This document shows, one piece after another, positions 10,317-20,220 of a stretch of 47,697 nt of DNA. The stretch is from the sequence record SRR20825019_2119. One strand, written 5' to 3'. How positions within the stretch are numbered: position 1 is the first letter of the stretch; the number at the start of each line of letters is the position of its first letter. Under the pieces are notes generated by a model. The model saw only the letters and a list, made by a program, of their open reading frames with translations. It ran no database searches and had not been told where the DNA came from. Made by a program: the position numbers and the translations under genes.

Positions 10317-11524
10317 CCGGCCGGTGGCTTTCGATTATCGGCATTGGTGAAGACGGGCTCGACGGGCTGTCGCGGGCGGCCCGCGCGGCCGTTGGCGAGG
10401 CCGAAATCGTCTTTGGTGGCGAGCGGCACCTGGCGCTGGTCGCCCCTATCGTTTCGGGCGAGACGCATGTGTGGCAGACGCCGTTCTCGTCCTCGATCGA
10501 GGCGGTGCTCGCCGCGCGAGGCCACAAGGTTTGCGTGCTGGCCTCCGGCGATCCGTTCCATTATGGCGTCGGCGCCACGCTGAGCCGGCGGGTCGATCCG
10601 GCACAAATGCTTGTCATTCCACAACCTTCCGCATTCAGCCTGGCTGCCGGCCGGCTGGGCTGGCCGCTGCAGGAGGTGGCCTGTGTGTCGTTGCATGGGC
10701 GGCCGATCGATCTGATCCGGCCGCATTTGCATCCGGCGGCGCGGATATTGGCGCTGACGTCGGACGAACATGGGCCCGGAGCACTGGCGGCGCTGCTGGT
10801 CGAGGCGGGATTTGGCCGCTCGATCATTACCGTTCTGGAGGCCCTGGGGGGTCCAGATGAACAAATCCGTTCGCAAATGGCGGATGGGTTCATACTGACC
10901 GGGATAAGCCCGCTCAACATCTGCGCCATCACCGTCGCGCCGCTGCCGGGCGCGCGCGTCTTGCCGCTGACGCCAGGGCTCGACGACGCGCTTTATGAAC
11001 ATGACGGGCAGATCACCAAGCGCGACATCCGCGCCGTGACCCTGGCCGCATTGGGGCCGCGGCGGCACGAGGTGCTCTGGGATATTGGTGCGGGCTCCGG
11101 CTCGATCGGTATTGAATGGATGCTGGCCGATCCCAGCCTGCGCGCCTTGGCCATCGAGAGTGACCCCGACCGTGCCGCCCGTATCGTGCGCAATGCCCGC
11201 AAGCTCGGGGTGCCGGAAATGCGCGTGGTGACAGGCAAGGCGCCACTGGCGCTTACCGGGCTTGAAGCGCCTCATGCCATTTTCGTGGGTGGTGGTGGCA
11301 CCAATCCCGGCGTGATGGATGCGGCAATCGACGCGCTGCAGAGCGGCGGGCGCCTGGTGGCCAATGCGGTGACCCTGGAAATGGAACAGGTGCTGCTCGC
11401 CCTCTACGCCCAGCATGGCGGCGAGTTGGTGCGGCTTTCGATTGCCCACGCCGCAACCCTGGGCACGGTCACCGGATGGCGTCCGGCCATGCCGATCACC
11501 CAGTGGCGCTGGAGCAAGCCATGA
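10313..11524 (+). CDS. cobL: Precorrin-6Y C5,15-methyltransferase (decarboxylating) CobL (CbiE+CbiT)
   Basis: [57 protein letters not shown]. Confidence 0.95.
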   Translation: MTGRWLSIIGIGEDGLDGLSRAARAAVGEAEIVFGGERHLALVAPIVSGETHVWQTPFSSSIEAVLAARGHKVCVLASGDPFHYGVGATLSRRVDPAQMLVIPQPSAFSLAAGRLGWPLQEVACVSLHGRPIDLIRPHLHPAARILALTSDEHGPGALAALLVEAGFGRSIITVLEALGGPDEQIRSQMADGFILTGISPLNICAITVAPLPGARVLPLTPGLDDALYEHDGQITKRDIRAVTLAALGPRRHEVLWDIGAGSGSIGIEWMLADPSLRALAIESDPDRAARIVRNARKLGVPEMRVVTGKAPLALTGLEAPHAIFVGGGGTNPGVMDAAIDALQSGGRLVANAVTLEMEQVLLALYAQHGGELVRLSIAHAATLGTVTGWRPAMPITQWRWSKP

Positions 11525-12282
11525 CGGTGCATTTCATTGGTGCGGGCCCGGGCGCGGCAGACCTGATCACGGTGCGGGGCCGCGACCTGCTCGCGCGCTG
11601 CCGGGTCTGTCTCTATGCCGGGTCCATCGTGCCGAAAGAAATGCTCGACTGGTGCGGGCCAGAAACGCGCCTCATCGATACTGCCCCGATGTCGCTCGAT
11701 GAGATCGAGGCCGAATATGTCCGCGCGCATGCGACGGACGAGGACGTGGCGCGGCTGCATTCGGGCGATCTCTCGATCTGGAGCGCGGTGGCCGAGCAGA
11801 TGCGGCGGCTCGACCGGCTGGGCATTCCCTACACGCTGACGCCCGGCGTCCCGGCCTTTGCCGCTGCCGCGGCGGCCCTGGGCCAGGAGCTGACCCTTCC
11901 AGCGATCAATCAGTCTCTGGTGCTAACCCGCATTGGGGGCCGCGCCTCGCCCATGCCAGAGGGTGAAACTCTTGCTGCCTTCGGGGCCACGGGAGCGACA
12001 CTGGCCATCCATCTGGCCATCCATTCGCTTGCGCGCGTCGTCGCCGAGTTGACCCCGCTCTATGGGGCGGACTGTCCGGTGGCTATCGTTGCCCATGCAA
12101 GCTGGCCAGAGCAAAAAATCATCCGCGCGACCCTTGGAACGATCGAGCAGGCGTTCGACCCGGCCATTGAACGCACGGCGATCATCTTTGTCGGCAAGGG
12201 CCTTGGTGCACAAGACTTTCGCGACAGCGCACTTTACGATCCCGATTACCAGCGCCGCTTTCGCGGGCGCGACGGACTTTAG
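11521..12282 (+). CDS. cobM: Precorrin-4 C11-methyltransferase CobM
   Basis: [44 protein letters not shown] overlap with cobL. Confidence 0.95.
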   Translation: MTVHFIGAGPGAADLITVRGRDLLARCRVCLYAGSIVPKEMLDWCGPETRLIDTAPMSLDEIEAEYVRAHATDEDVARLHSGDLSIWSAVAEQMRRLDRLGIPYTLTPGVPAFAAAAAALGQELTLPAINQSLVLTRIGGRASPMPEGETLAAFGATGATLAIHLAIHSLARVVAELTPLYGADCPVAIVAHASWPEQKIIRATLGTIEQAFDPAIERTAIIFVGKGLGAQDFRDSALYDPDYQRRFRGRDGL

Positions 12283-12294
12283 GAGGCCCAACCA

Positions 12295-13071
12295 ATGGCA
12301 AATCTCACCCTTCCCGAACTCAGCGGCAAGGCCGTGCTCATTACAGGCGCCTCTACCGGCATCGGCGCTGCCCTGGCCAAGGCCTTCGGCGCGCAGGGCG
12401 CGATGGTGGGCGTTCACTATAATTCGAGCGAGGATGCGGCCCGTGCCGTTGCCGATGCGGTCGAGGCGGCTGGTGGCAAGGCGCATCTGGTGCGCGCCGA
12501 CGCGTCGAAGTCCGGGGCACTTGCCGGTGCCGTTGAGGAAACCGCAGCCGCGTTCGGCCGGCTGGACGGGCTGATCAACAATGCTGGCGGCATGGTGGCG
12601 CGCCTGCCTTATGCCGAGATGACAGACGAGCATTATGACGCCGTGATGGACCTCAATGGCCGCTCGGTACTCGCCGCGACGCGTGCCGCGCTGCCGCATA
12701 TGAAGACGGCCGGTAGCGGCTTTGTCATCAACACCACCTCTATTGCGGCGCGCAACGGGGCCAGCGGTGGCGCGGGTCTTTATGGCTCGTCAAAGGCCTT
12801 CATTGCCAATGTCACGCGCGGCATGGCCAAGGAGTTCATCCCTTTCGGCATTCGCGTCAACGCCGTGGCGCCGGGCGTGATCGAAACGCCATTCCATGAG
12901 CGCTATTCGACCGAGGCTCAGCTCAAGGCCCAATTGGCAACGGTGCCACAGGGGCGGCTTGGTGTGGCCGAAGACTGCGTCGGCGCCTATCTGTTCCTGG
13001 CGTGCGCAAGCCTGTCCGGCTACATCATCGGCCAGACCATCGAGGTCAATGGTGGCATGCTGATGCCGTAG
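12295..13071 (+). CDS. Short-chain dehydrogenase/reductase (classical SDR)
   Basis: TGASTGIG, NNAG, catalytic S and YGSSK, RVNAVAPG; SD AGGAGG. Confidence 0.92.
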   Translation: MANLTLPELSGKAVLITGASTGIGAALAKAFGAQGAMVGVHYNSSEDAARAVADAVEAAGGKAHLVRADASKSGALAGAVEETAAAFGRLDGLINNAGGMVARLPYAEMTDEHYDAVMDLNGRSVLAATRAALPHMKTAGSGFVINTTSIAARNGASGGAGLYGSSKAFIANVTRGMAKEFIPFGIRVNAVAPGVIETPFHERYSTEAQLKAQLATVPQGRLGVAEDCVGAYLFLACASLSGYIIGQTIEVNGGMLMP

Positions 13072-13105
13072 CGGCCCATAGTGGCCGCGCTTCCAATCCG
13101 CCCGA

Positions 13106-13921
13106 TCAGGCCGCCGGATTTTTCGGCGGCACGTCCTTGAGATGGTCGAGCAGATAGGCCTGGGTGGCGGCATTGGCGACAATCAGGCACCCGGTGCGCT
13201 CGAAGATGTCGGGGCCCCTGCCCCACCAGTCCGAAACGACCCCGCCGGCTTCCTCGACCAGCAGAATACCGGCGGCGGTATCGACAAAGCCGGTTTCCTC
13301 GAAATACCCGGTCAGACGGCCGCAGGCGACCCAGGCACAGCTATTGGCTGCACTGCCAACGATCCGCACGGCCCCGATCGGCGCGCGGATGGCGTCGAGA
13401 CGGGCATAGGCGCCCGGATGCAGGGTCAGGTTCGGTGTCGGCAGGCCCGTGCCAACGCACATCATGGCGATTTCGGTCGACCGGCTGACCTGCAATGGCT
13501 CACCGTTGAGAAAGGCGCCCCCGCCCTTTTTGGCGGTGAACATCTCGTCCGCGACCGGATCATAGACGAGGCCGCACAGGGTCTGGTTGCCGCGCCGCAA
13601 CGCGATGGTGATGGTGTAGTGCTGGCCGTAGATGAAGTTCGTCGTCCCATCGATGGGGTCGACCAGCCAGCGATGGTCGGGATCAGACCCATCGACGGGG
13701 GCAAATTCTTCCCCGGTCAGGCTCCAGTCCGGATTGATCTCGAACAGGCGCTTGCGGATCAGCTGCTCGGACTCGCGATCCGCATCGGAGACGAAGTCGC
13801 CAGGTCCCTTTATACCGATCTCCAGATCGCGGAAATTCTTGAAATGCTTGAGCGTGAGTGCGCCGGCCTCTCGGGCGGCCTCGATCATCTGGTCGAGAAT
13901 TCTGTCGTAATCAATGCTCAT
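13106..13921 (-). CDS. Inositol monophosphatase family protein
   Basis: DFVSDAD, GEE, WLVDPIDGTTNF, D-x-AAG-x-L-x-VEEAGG. Confidence 0.92.
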   Translation of the reverse strand: MSIDYDRILDQMIEAAREAGALTLKHFKNFRDLEIGIKGPGDFVSDADRESEQLIRKRLFEINPDWSLTGEEFAPVDGSDPDHRWLVDPIDGTTNFIYGQHYTITIALRRGNQTLCGLVYDPVADEMFTAKKGGGAFLNGEPLQVSRSTEIAMMCVGTGLPTPNLTLHPGAYARLDAIRAPIGAVRIVGSAANSCAWVACGRLTGYFEETGFVDTAAGILLVEEAGGVVSDWWGRGPDIFERTGCLIVANAATQAYLLDHLKDVPPKNPAA

Positions 13922-14754
13922 GAAACTAGGGCCGCGTGCAGCCCCTCCGGATCGTCGGTTGTAATCTGGTCGACCTTGAGCGCCAGCAGGCGCTCGATCT
14001 GCTCGAGGCTGGCCGGGGTGACCTGGCGAATTGTCCAGGCGTCGATGCGCTTGCCCGCTGCATGGATGGGCGCGACGATGTCGAACCCGGCATCCTGAGC
14101 GGACAACACGATCTCATAGGCCAGGTAGATCATGTCGGCCTGTGGCGCAGCGATCAGAGCGTCCCCAATGAAACTGGCAAAGTCGCCAGTGGCCTGAAGC
14201 CGCGCCAGGGAGCCGCCATAGCAGGGGTCATATCCGGTCTTGAGCGCAGGAACGGCGCTGGACAGTGCCCGAATGGCGCCGATGTCGCCGCCCGAGAGGA
14301 TGAAGGCATCCGCCACGGGCCCGACGCTATCGGCGAAATTGGCGATGGTCTGAGTGTCCAGCGCCGCCAGTTCCTCCTTGAAATCCAGCTGCAAAAGCGC
14401 CCCTTGCCGGGGCGGTTGCTCGACCAGCAAGGCGCAGAGATCTTCGAGCAACATCACCTTGTCGGGCAGGATGGCGCCGCCATTGTCGCGCAGGTGCAGG
14501 CTGCGCAGGACTGCGGCCGGCGTCTGGCGCACCGGCCCCCTGCCTGTCGTCTCCTTGTCCAGCTCGAAATTGTGCAGCACGGCGCAGCCGTGATCGGCAT
14601 GAATGACCAGATCGACTTCGACGCTGGCGCCCAGGCGCATGCCTTCGAGAATGCGCGTACCGGTAAACACCGGGTCGGCGGCTTTGCGGCGGGCGCGGTG
14701 CCATTTCAGCCAGGTGCGGTGACCGTTCCGGTCGATATGGAGCGGATGGGCCAT
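13918..14754 (-). CDS. Glycerophosphodiester phosphodiesterase family protein (divergent)
   Basis: HR motif (KWHR), EVDL, later His, AWT and ITTD C-terminal motif; start MAHPL with GGAG SD right after ATPase stop. Confidence 0.8.
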   Translation of the reverse strand: MAHPLHIDRNGHRTWLKWHRARRKAADPVFTGTRILEGMRLGASVEVDLVIHADHGCAVLHNFELDKETTGRGPVRQTPAAVLRSLHLRDNGGAILPDKVMLLEDLCALLVEQPPRQGALLQLDFKEELAALDTQTIANFADSVGPVADAFILSGGDIGAIRALSSAVPALKTGYDPCYGGSLARLQATGDFASFIGDALIAAPQADMIYLAYEIVLSAQDAGFDIVAPIHAAGKRIDAWTIRQVTPASLEQIERLLALKVDQITTDDPEGLHAALVS

Positions 14755-14755
14755 G

Positions 14756-15790
14756 TCAGCTCCGATAGACGCGTGCATTGTCACGATAGGCTGCCATGGC
14801 CTGGGGCTTGAGATTTACCTTCTGCCCGGCGCTGAAGAGATCGGGATGCGCGACCATGGCTTTGAGGCGGGTGCCATCGCCCAGGTCGAGATCGACCAGG
14901 CCGTGGGTGCCGTAATCGGTCACCCGGTGTACCTGCGCGACACCCGTTTCGGCGGCTTCCAGGTCCAGGGCTTCGGGGCGAATGGCCAGGGTGGCCGGGC
15001 CATCGGGGATCGGAATGTCGAGCCCGAAATCGGCCCGGGTGAACCGGCCATTGGACACCTCGCCGTCAACCAGGTTCATCGTTCCGATGAAGCCGGCGAC
15101 GAAGGGGGTCTGGGGCTCGCGATAGACCACGTCGGGGCGGTCGATCTGCTCGGTCCGGCCATCGCGCATGACGACAATGCGATCGGCCATGGCCAGCGCC
15201 TCATCCTGCCCGTGGGTCACGAACAGGGTGGTGATCTTGAGGCGCTGCTGGATATCCCGGACCTCCTCGCGCAGCCGCTCGCGCAGATGCTGGTCGAGGC
15301 TGGCAAAGGGTTCGTCGAGCAAGAGGATCTTCGGCTCGAGCACCAGGGACCGGGCCAGCGCCACACGCTGCTGCTGCCCACCCGAAAGCTGGTTGACGCC
15401 GCGCGTGCCATAGCCGGCCAGTCCGACCAGTTCGAGCACGGCCTCGACCTTCTCGGTGATCTGGTCCTGCGGCAGGCCGCGCAGCTTGAGGCCGAAGGCC
15501 AGGTTCTTGAACACATTCATATGGGTCCACAGCGCATGGCTCTGGAACACCATGCCGGTCGGCCGGCGCTCGGGCGGAAGATGGGTGATGTCGTCGCCAT
15601 CAATGGTCATCAGGCCCGAGGTGGGCCGTTCGAACCCGCCGACCATGCGCAGCAGGGTCGACTTGCCAGAGCCGGAGGGGCCGAGCAGGCAGACCAGCTC
15701 GCCATTGCCCACTTCCAGCGAGAAATTGTCCACCGCGACGGTCGGGCCGGCGAAAATCTTGGAGACGTCGGTAATTTTCAGAACGGACAT
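14756..15790 (-). CDS. ABC transporter ATP-binding protein (PotA/AfuC-like)
   Basis: GPSGSGKST, LSGGQQQRVALAR, LLLDEPF, TOBE-like C-terminus. Confidence 0.93.
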   Translation of the reverse strand: MSVLKITDVSKIFAGPTVAVDNFSLEVGNGELVCLLGPSGSGKSTLLRMVGGFERPTSGLMTIDGDDITHLPPERRPTGMVFQSHALWTHMNVFKNLAFGLKLRGLPQDQITEKVEAVLELVGLAGYGTRGVNQLSGGQQQRVALARSLVLEPKILLLDEPFASLDQHLRERLREEVRDIQQRLKITTLFVTHGQDEALAMADRIVVMRDGRTEQIDRPDVVYREPQTPFVAGFIGTMNLVDGEVSNGRFTRADFGLDIPIPDGPATLAIRPEALDLEAAETGVAQVHRVTDYGTHGLVDLDLGDGTRLKAMVAHPDLFSAGQKVNLKPQAMAAYRDNARVYRS

Positions 15791-15800
15791 TCTTGTTTCC

Positions 15801-16655
15801 CTAGCCGCCAAAACCGCGGGCGAAGGCGCCGCCGCCAATAACGCGGCGGGCGAACATGAGAGCAATAAAGGACGGCACCCAAAGCATCACCGAGAGTACG
15901 GCGCCATATTGGATGACCATCTGATTGTTGATGAAGGAGATCATCAGCACCGGCATGGTGCGGATGCCCGGGGCCCCAATCAGCCAGGCGCCTTCGGTCT
16001 CGTAGAAGGTACCGACAAAGCTGAGCAGAACAGCTGCAGCAATGGTCGGCCCGGCCTGCGGCAGGGTGATGGACCAGAACACGCGAAAGGGGCCGGCCCC
16101 GACGTCACGCGCCGCTTCTTCCATGCGCCTGTCCACCGACTGGAAGGCGGCGACCGGGATCCAGATCATGAACAGCAGTGTGCCCACGAGCTGGATCAGC
16201 ACCACGCCCCAGAAAGTGCCGATCAGGTTCAGTTGCAGGAAGATCGCGGCAATGGCGATCAGCAGGCCGAATTTGGGGAAGGCATGCCCGGCCAGGAACG
16301 AGAAGAACAGCACATTGCGTCCCGGAAAGCTCATGCGCGCAAAGGCATAGGCCGCCGGCAGGCAGATGGCCGCCGACAAAAGGGTGACGACGGTCGAGAG
16401 CTGCAGACTGAGGGTCAATGCACTCCACACATCGGCCCGTGTCAGGGTCTGGCTCCAGAACCGGAGGCCGAATTGCTGCGGGATGACATTGGGATAGCGC
16501 CAGACCTCGGTGAAGGCCCAGACACCGACCACCAGTAGCGGCACGATAACCGCTGCTGAAAGCGCCACGGCAAAGACGATGCCGGTCCAATCGGTGGGCG
16601 CGCGGACCAGGGCCGGACGGCGGGTGGCGAGAGTGGCGGGAGCAAGCTGTTCCAT
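15801..16655 (-). CDS. ABC transporter permease (PotC-like)
   Basis: Multiple TM segments, EEAARDVGA EAA loop. Confidence 0.9.
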   Translation of the reverse strand: MEQLAPATLATRRPALVRAPTDWTGIVFAVALSAAVIVPLLVVGVWAFTEVWRYPNVIPQQFGLRFWSQTLTRADVWSALTLSLQLSTVVTLLSAAICLPAAYAFARMSFPGRNVLFFSFLAGHAFPKFGLLIAIAAIFLQLNLIGTFWGVVLIQLVGTLLFMIWIPVAAFQSVDRRMEEAARDVGAGPFRVFWSITLPQAGPTIAAAVLLSFVGTFYETEGAWLIGAPGIRTMPVLMISFINNQMVIQYGAVLSVMLWVPSFIALMFARRVIGGGAFARGFGG

Positions 16656-16656
16656 C

Positions 16657-17541
16657 TTACTTCCCCTGATTGCGTGCGACCGAGCGCACATAGAACAACC
16701 CGAAGGCAATGCAGAAGCAGAAGGTGATAACCGCCTGCGTAATCGCGTTGAGTGGGTCGTTCACCTCGCGGAAGGTGCGGTTCATGAACGGACCCATCAT
16801 TTCGGGCGAGGCCGGCCCCAGCAGGTATGGCAGGGTGAAGGACGAGAAAATGCCCAGCACGGCAAAGGAAATGGCCACCAGCACCGAATTGGAGATGCGG
16901 GGCAGAATGATGTGCCAGAACACCTGGAGACGATTGGCGCCGACGTCGCGGGCCGCCTCGATCGCCTGGTTGGCGACATTGCCCAGGCCTGAAAGCAGGA
17001 TCAGCACGGTGAGCGGGATATTGTCCCACACCAGCCCGATTACCGGCCCCCAGGGGGTGAGATAGGGCGTGCGGATCTTGGGCAGGCCGACCGAATTCAG
17101 AACGATGTCGACCATTCCATTGGGGCCAAGCACGCGGATGAACGCATAGGCCAGGATGATCGAGGGCACGAACATCGGAAAGATCGCCATGGCCTGCACA
17201 TAGGCGGGCAGCCGCCCGGCCGAGAAGCGCAGATAGAGCGAAATGGGCAGGCAGATGACCAACAGCAGGATGGCGCACATCAGCGTCGTCCACAGCGTGA
17301 TCGTCAAATTGTTGATCGAATACTGGTCGGAAAAGAAGAAGACATAGCTGTCGAGATTGAAGCCGATGGCACCGGTTTCATCGGGACGCCACAGGGTGCG
17401 GCCAATGGCATTGATGATCGGCCAGATCACCAACCAGGCGACCAGGAAAACCGGAACGGCGACGAGCAGGAGGCCGTGTGGCCTCCTGCTGTCATTACTT
17501 TCGATAAGCGGCCGTGGTGCCGCCGGAGCCGCGTCGGTCAC
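16657..17541 (-). CDS. ABC transporter permease (PotB-like)
   Basis: TM segments, IEAARDVGA EAA loop. Confidence 0.9.
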   Translation of the reverse strand: MTDAAPAAPRPLIESNDSRRPHGLLLVAVPVFLVAWLVIWPIINAIGRTLWRPDETGAIGFNLDSYVFFFSDQYSINNLTITLWTTLMCAILLLVICLPISLYLRFSAGRLPAYVQAMAIFPMFVPSIILAYAFIRVLGPNGMVDIVLNSVGLPKIRTPYLTPWGPVIGLVWDNIPLTVLILLSGLGNVANQAIEAARDVGANRLQVFWHIILPRISNSVLVAISFAVLGIFSSFTLPYLLGPASPEMMGPFMNRTFREVNDPLNAITQAVITFCFCIAFGLFYVRSVARNQGK

Positions 17542-18689
17542 GAGTTGCGGTCGACGTTCGGAGCAACGTTGCGGTACCAGCCATCATTGATGGCGCCGTC
17601 CCACGCCCCGCCCGGGAAGGTCGGGATGGTGGTGGGCACGATATCGGCAAAACGTTCGCGCAGCTCGGGCGAGACGTAGTCCCACGAGACGCCGGGGAAG
17701 CCGCCGAGCTCGGTGAGGATGGCGCTCTGGATTTCTTCGGAAAGGATGAAATCGGCCAGTTTGAGCGACGCGTCGCGGTTGACGCCATTCTCGATGACGA
17801 TGGAGCGGGTGAAGCCACCGGCCAGCGCCAGATCCTGAAGCTGCACCAGACCGGTTTCGGCCGGCAGCACGCCCTGGTCGATAGCCTGCAGCACCTGGTC
17901 GGACCAGACCGGGGTCATGGTGACCACGCCCTGCGCGAGAAGCTGGATCGACTGGGTGTTGCCCGAGGAGTAGGCGCCGTTGTCATAGAGCGAGGGCGCG
18001 AGATCGGCGAGAATGTCCCAGGTCTTGGTCAGGGTCTCGTTGCCGAATTCCTCGGTGTAGTTGTCGACGGTAAAGGCCGAAGGATCGAGGCCGTTGGCCT
18101 GATGGATGGCGCGGCGCACGAAATTGCCGCCCGAACCGCCCTTGTCGGGACGGTTATAGACGAACTGGCCGGGATTGGCCTTGATCCAGGTGACCAGGTC
18201 GTCCCAGGTCTTGGGCGCATCGGCAGCGCTCAGCTTGGTGCTGTCATAGGCGAGCAGGACCTGCGAACCGCGATAGGGCAGCGAATAGTCGGACTGGATG
18301 GCCAGCGGGTTGACCTTGGAATAGTTGGTCAGCCCGGCTTCCTTGATATTGGTATAGATGCCCGCTTCGATGGCACCGGAGGGCAGAAGTGCATCGCCCG
18401 ATTCGAAGAAATCGGCCTGCGGATCGGCACCCTGCTGCTTGGCAGCCATGGCGCGTTCGCCAATGGCGATGATGCCGGAGCCATCGCCAGCATCGACCAG
18501 ATTGATCGACACACCCGGATTGGCGGCCTCGAAAGCCGGCTTGACCGTATTGGCCCAGAAGTCGAGGATATTGGTGTCCGAGCTGGTGTACCAGTCGATC
18601 ACGCCTTCGGCGGCGAAGGACATGCGGGGCATAAGGGCCGAACCAGCCACAATACCCGCAGCGGAAATCATGAAGTCACGACGTTTCAT
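17538..18689 (-). CDS. ABC transporter substrate-binding protein with twin-arginine (Tat) signal peptide
   Basis: MKRRDFMISAAGIVAGSALMPRMSFA N-terminus; PKTWDDL, PotD/AfuA-like features; first gene of ABC operon. Confidence 0.85.
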   Translation of the reverse strand: MKRRDFMISAAGIVAGSALMPRMSFAAEGVIDWYTSSDTNILDFWANTVKPAFEAANPGVSINLVDAGDGSGIIAIGERAMAAKQQGADPQADFFESGDALLPSGAIEAGIYTNIKEAGLTNYSKVNPLAIQSDYSLPYRGSQVLLAYDSTKLSAADAPKTWDDLVTWIKANPGQFVYNRPDKGGSGGNFVRRAIHQANGLDPSAFTVDNYTEEFGNETLTKTWDILADLAPSLYDNGAYSSGNTQSIQLLAQGVVTMTPVWSDQVLQAIDQGVLPAETGLVQLQDLALAGGFTRSIVIENGVNRDASLKLADFILSEEIQSAILTELGGFPGVSWDYVSPELRERFADIVPTTIPTFPGGAWDGAINDGWYRNVAPNVDRNS

Positions 18690-18920
18690 GTTCTTTCTCC
18701 CATCATGGCGACCGGGGCGGCCACCGCGCATTAACGTGCCGAATGCGGAGGCGGCGTATCGGCTTTTGGCCGACATGACGAACCCGGATCGGCACCGGAT
18801 CGCCCGCCTCATGGGCCTCCTCCCTCTTCGCGTTGACGGACGGAAGGCGGTCCCAATCTTAAGTCGGGTTGCACCTGCCGCGATACGCCATCGCAAGAAC
18901 AAGACAACACCGAATAGCGA

Positions 18921-18936
18921 TTGCACACAAGTGCAT
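18921..18936. promoter_or_regulatory. Putative secondary operator of the adjacent LacI regulator
   Basis: TTGCACACAAGTGCAT, degenerate copy of the 18999-19014 palindrome. Confidence 0.55.
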
Positions 18937-18998
18937 ATTTTCGCTCTATCGGCTGCCTTGATAGGCTCGTCACGTAACGCTTTAATGACACCATTGAT

Positions 18999-19014
18999 TT
19001 GCACAGCTGTGCAA
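18999..19014. promoter_or_regulatory. Putative LacI-family operator
   Basis: Perfect 16-bp palindrome TTGCACAGCTGTGCAA upstream of the ABC operon, next to a LacI gene. Confidence 0.7.
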
Positions 19015-19140
19015 GAATTGGCACATTGCGTTGCAAACCAAAGCGCAAACGGCAGAAAACTGCGGCTTTGCGCATGGGTCGAGACGCAGCGCGGTAGCGC
19101 CGGAATGGTGCGGCCAGCGCGGTCTCTTGCGGGATATCCG

Positions 19141-20154
19141 CTAGCGTTTGCCCGGGCGAACAGACCGCCGCCAGACCGGGATCGGCTCGATCATGCGGCG
19201 TTCCGAAACAGCGCGCTGGGGCTGCAGCAACAAGTCGACGACCTCGTCGGCCATGGGGTTCAAGGGCTGCCGGAAAGTGGTCAATTGGTAGGATGCCCAG
19301 CCGGCCTGTTCGATGTCGTCGAAGCCGACAACGCAGAGATCCTCGGGAATGGTGAAGCCAAAGTCCTGGCGCGCCACATCCATGAAGCCCAGCGCCAGCA
19401 GATCGGTCACGCAGAACACGCCATCCGGCGCTTCGGATCGCCCGAACACCCGGCGCGCCGCCTCCTGACCAGATTCATAGCTGGTCGGCCCGGCCTCGGT
19501 GACCACCACCTGCAACCCCTCGGCGGCGGCCGCTGCTACGAACACCGTCTCGCGTTCGACCAGGCTGGCCGTTCGTGCGTTTGAGGTGATCAGCCCGAGC
19601 CGCTCACAACCAGCCCGGCGCAACAGGAACAACGCCTCGCGCCCGGCCATGGCATTGTCGACCCCGAGATTGCTGGACCCCTGCAGCCGTTCGTCGCGAT
19701 TGATCAGGATCACCTGCTGACCATTAGCAAGGCATGTCTCGATCAGCGACGCGGGCGGGGTGCCGGAGAGCACCACGGTCGCGTCGGCACGGTAGTTGAG
19801 GGTTTGGCGCAGCGCGGCAGAGACACTTTCGGTATCGGTCTCGGTATTGATCACCATGGTGATCTTGCCCGAAGCCTGTAGCTTGCGCGTCAGCACATCG
19901 ACCATGCGGGCGCGTATGGGCGTGGTCATGTCGGCCACCACCAGGCAAACGATATTGCTGCGCTCGCGCAGTCCACGCGCCAGATGGTTGACGTGATAGC
20001 CCAGCGCATCGGCCGCCTCGAGCACTTTGCGCCGCGTGGCCTCGGAAACGCTGGCACCATCGGTAAAGGTGCGTGAAACCGCCGAACGCGATACGCCGGC
20101 CCGATCGGCCACCATTTGCGCGCTGACAAAGGACGGGGGTTTCAATTCGCTCAT
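19141..20154 (-). CDS. LacI family transcriptional regulator
   Basis: VADRAGVSRSAVSRTF HTH, LGYHVNHLARGL hinge, VVGFDDI. Confidence 0.93.
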   Translation of the reverse strand: MSELKPPSFVSAQMVADRAGVSRSAVSRTFTDGASVSEATRRKVLEAADALGYHVNHLARGLRERSNIVCLVVADMTTPIRARMVDVLTRKLQASGKITMVINTETDTESVSAALRQTLNYRADATVVLSGTPPASLIETCLANGQQVILINRDERLQGSSNLGVDNAMAGREALFLLRRAGCERLGLITSNARTASLVERETVFVAAAAAEGLQVVVTEAGPTSYESGQEAARRVFGRSEAPDGVFCVTDLLALGFMDVARQDFGFTIPEDLCVVGFDDIEQAGWASYQLTTFRQPLNPMADEVVDLLLQPQRAVSERRMIEPIPVWRRSVRPGKR

Positions 20155-20220
20155 CGCCTAGCCCTGCCACAGGATGGCGGCGATAGTGAAGTGAAAATCG
20201 GCTCCGTCAAGCCGCGCCGG

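Noticed and set aside
10289-11449. 386-aa antisense ORF within cobL as a possible opposite-strand cobK
   Set aside because: No CobK N-terminal GGT motif; fully overlaps cobL; a typical high-GC shadow ORF
19019-19036. TTGGCACATTGCGTTGCA as a sigma54 promoter
   Set aside because: Spacing off by one and on the wrong strand for the downstream operon
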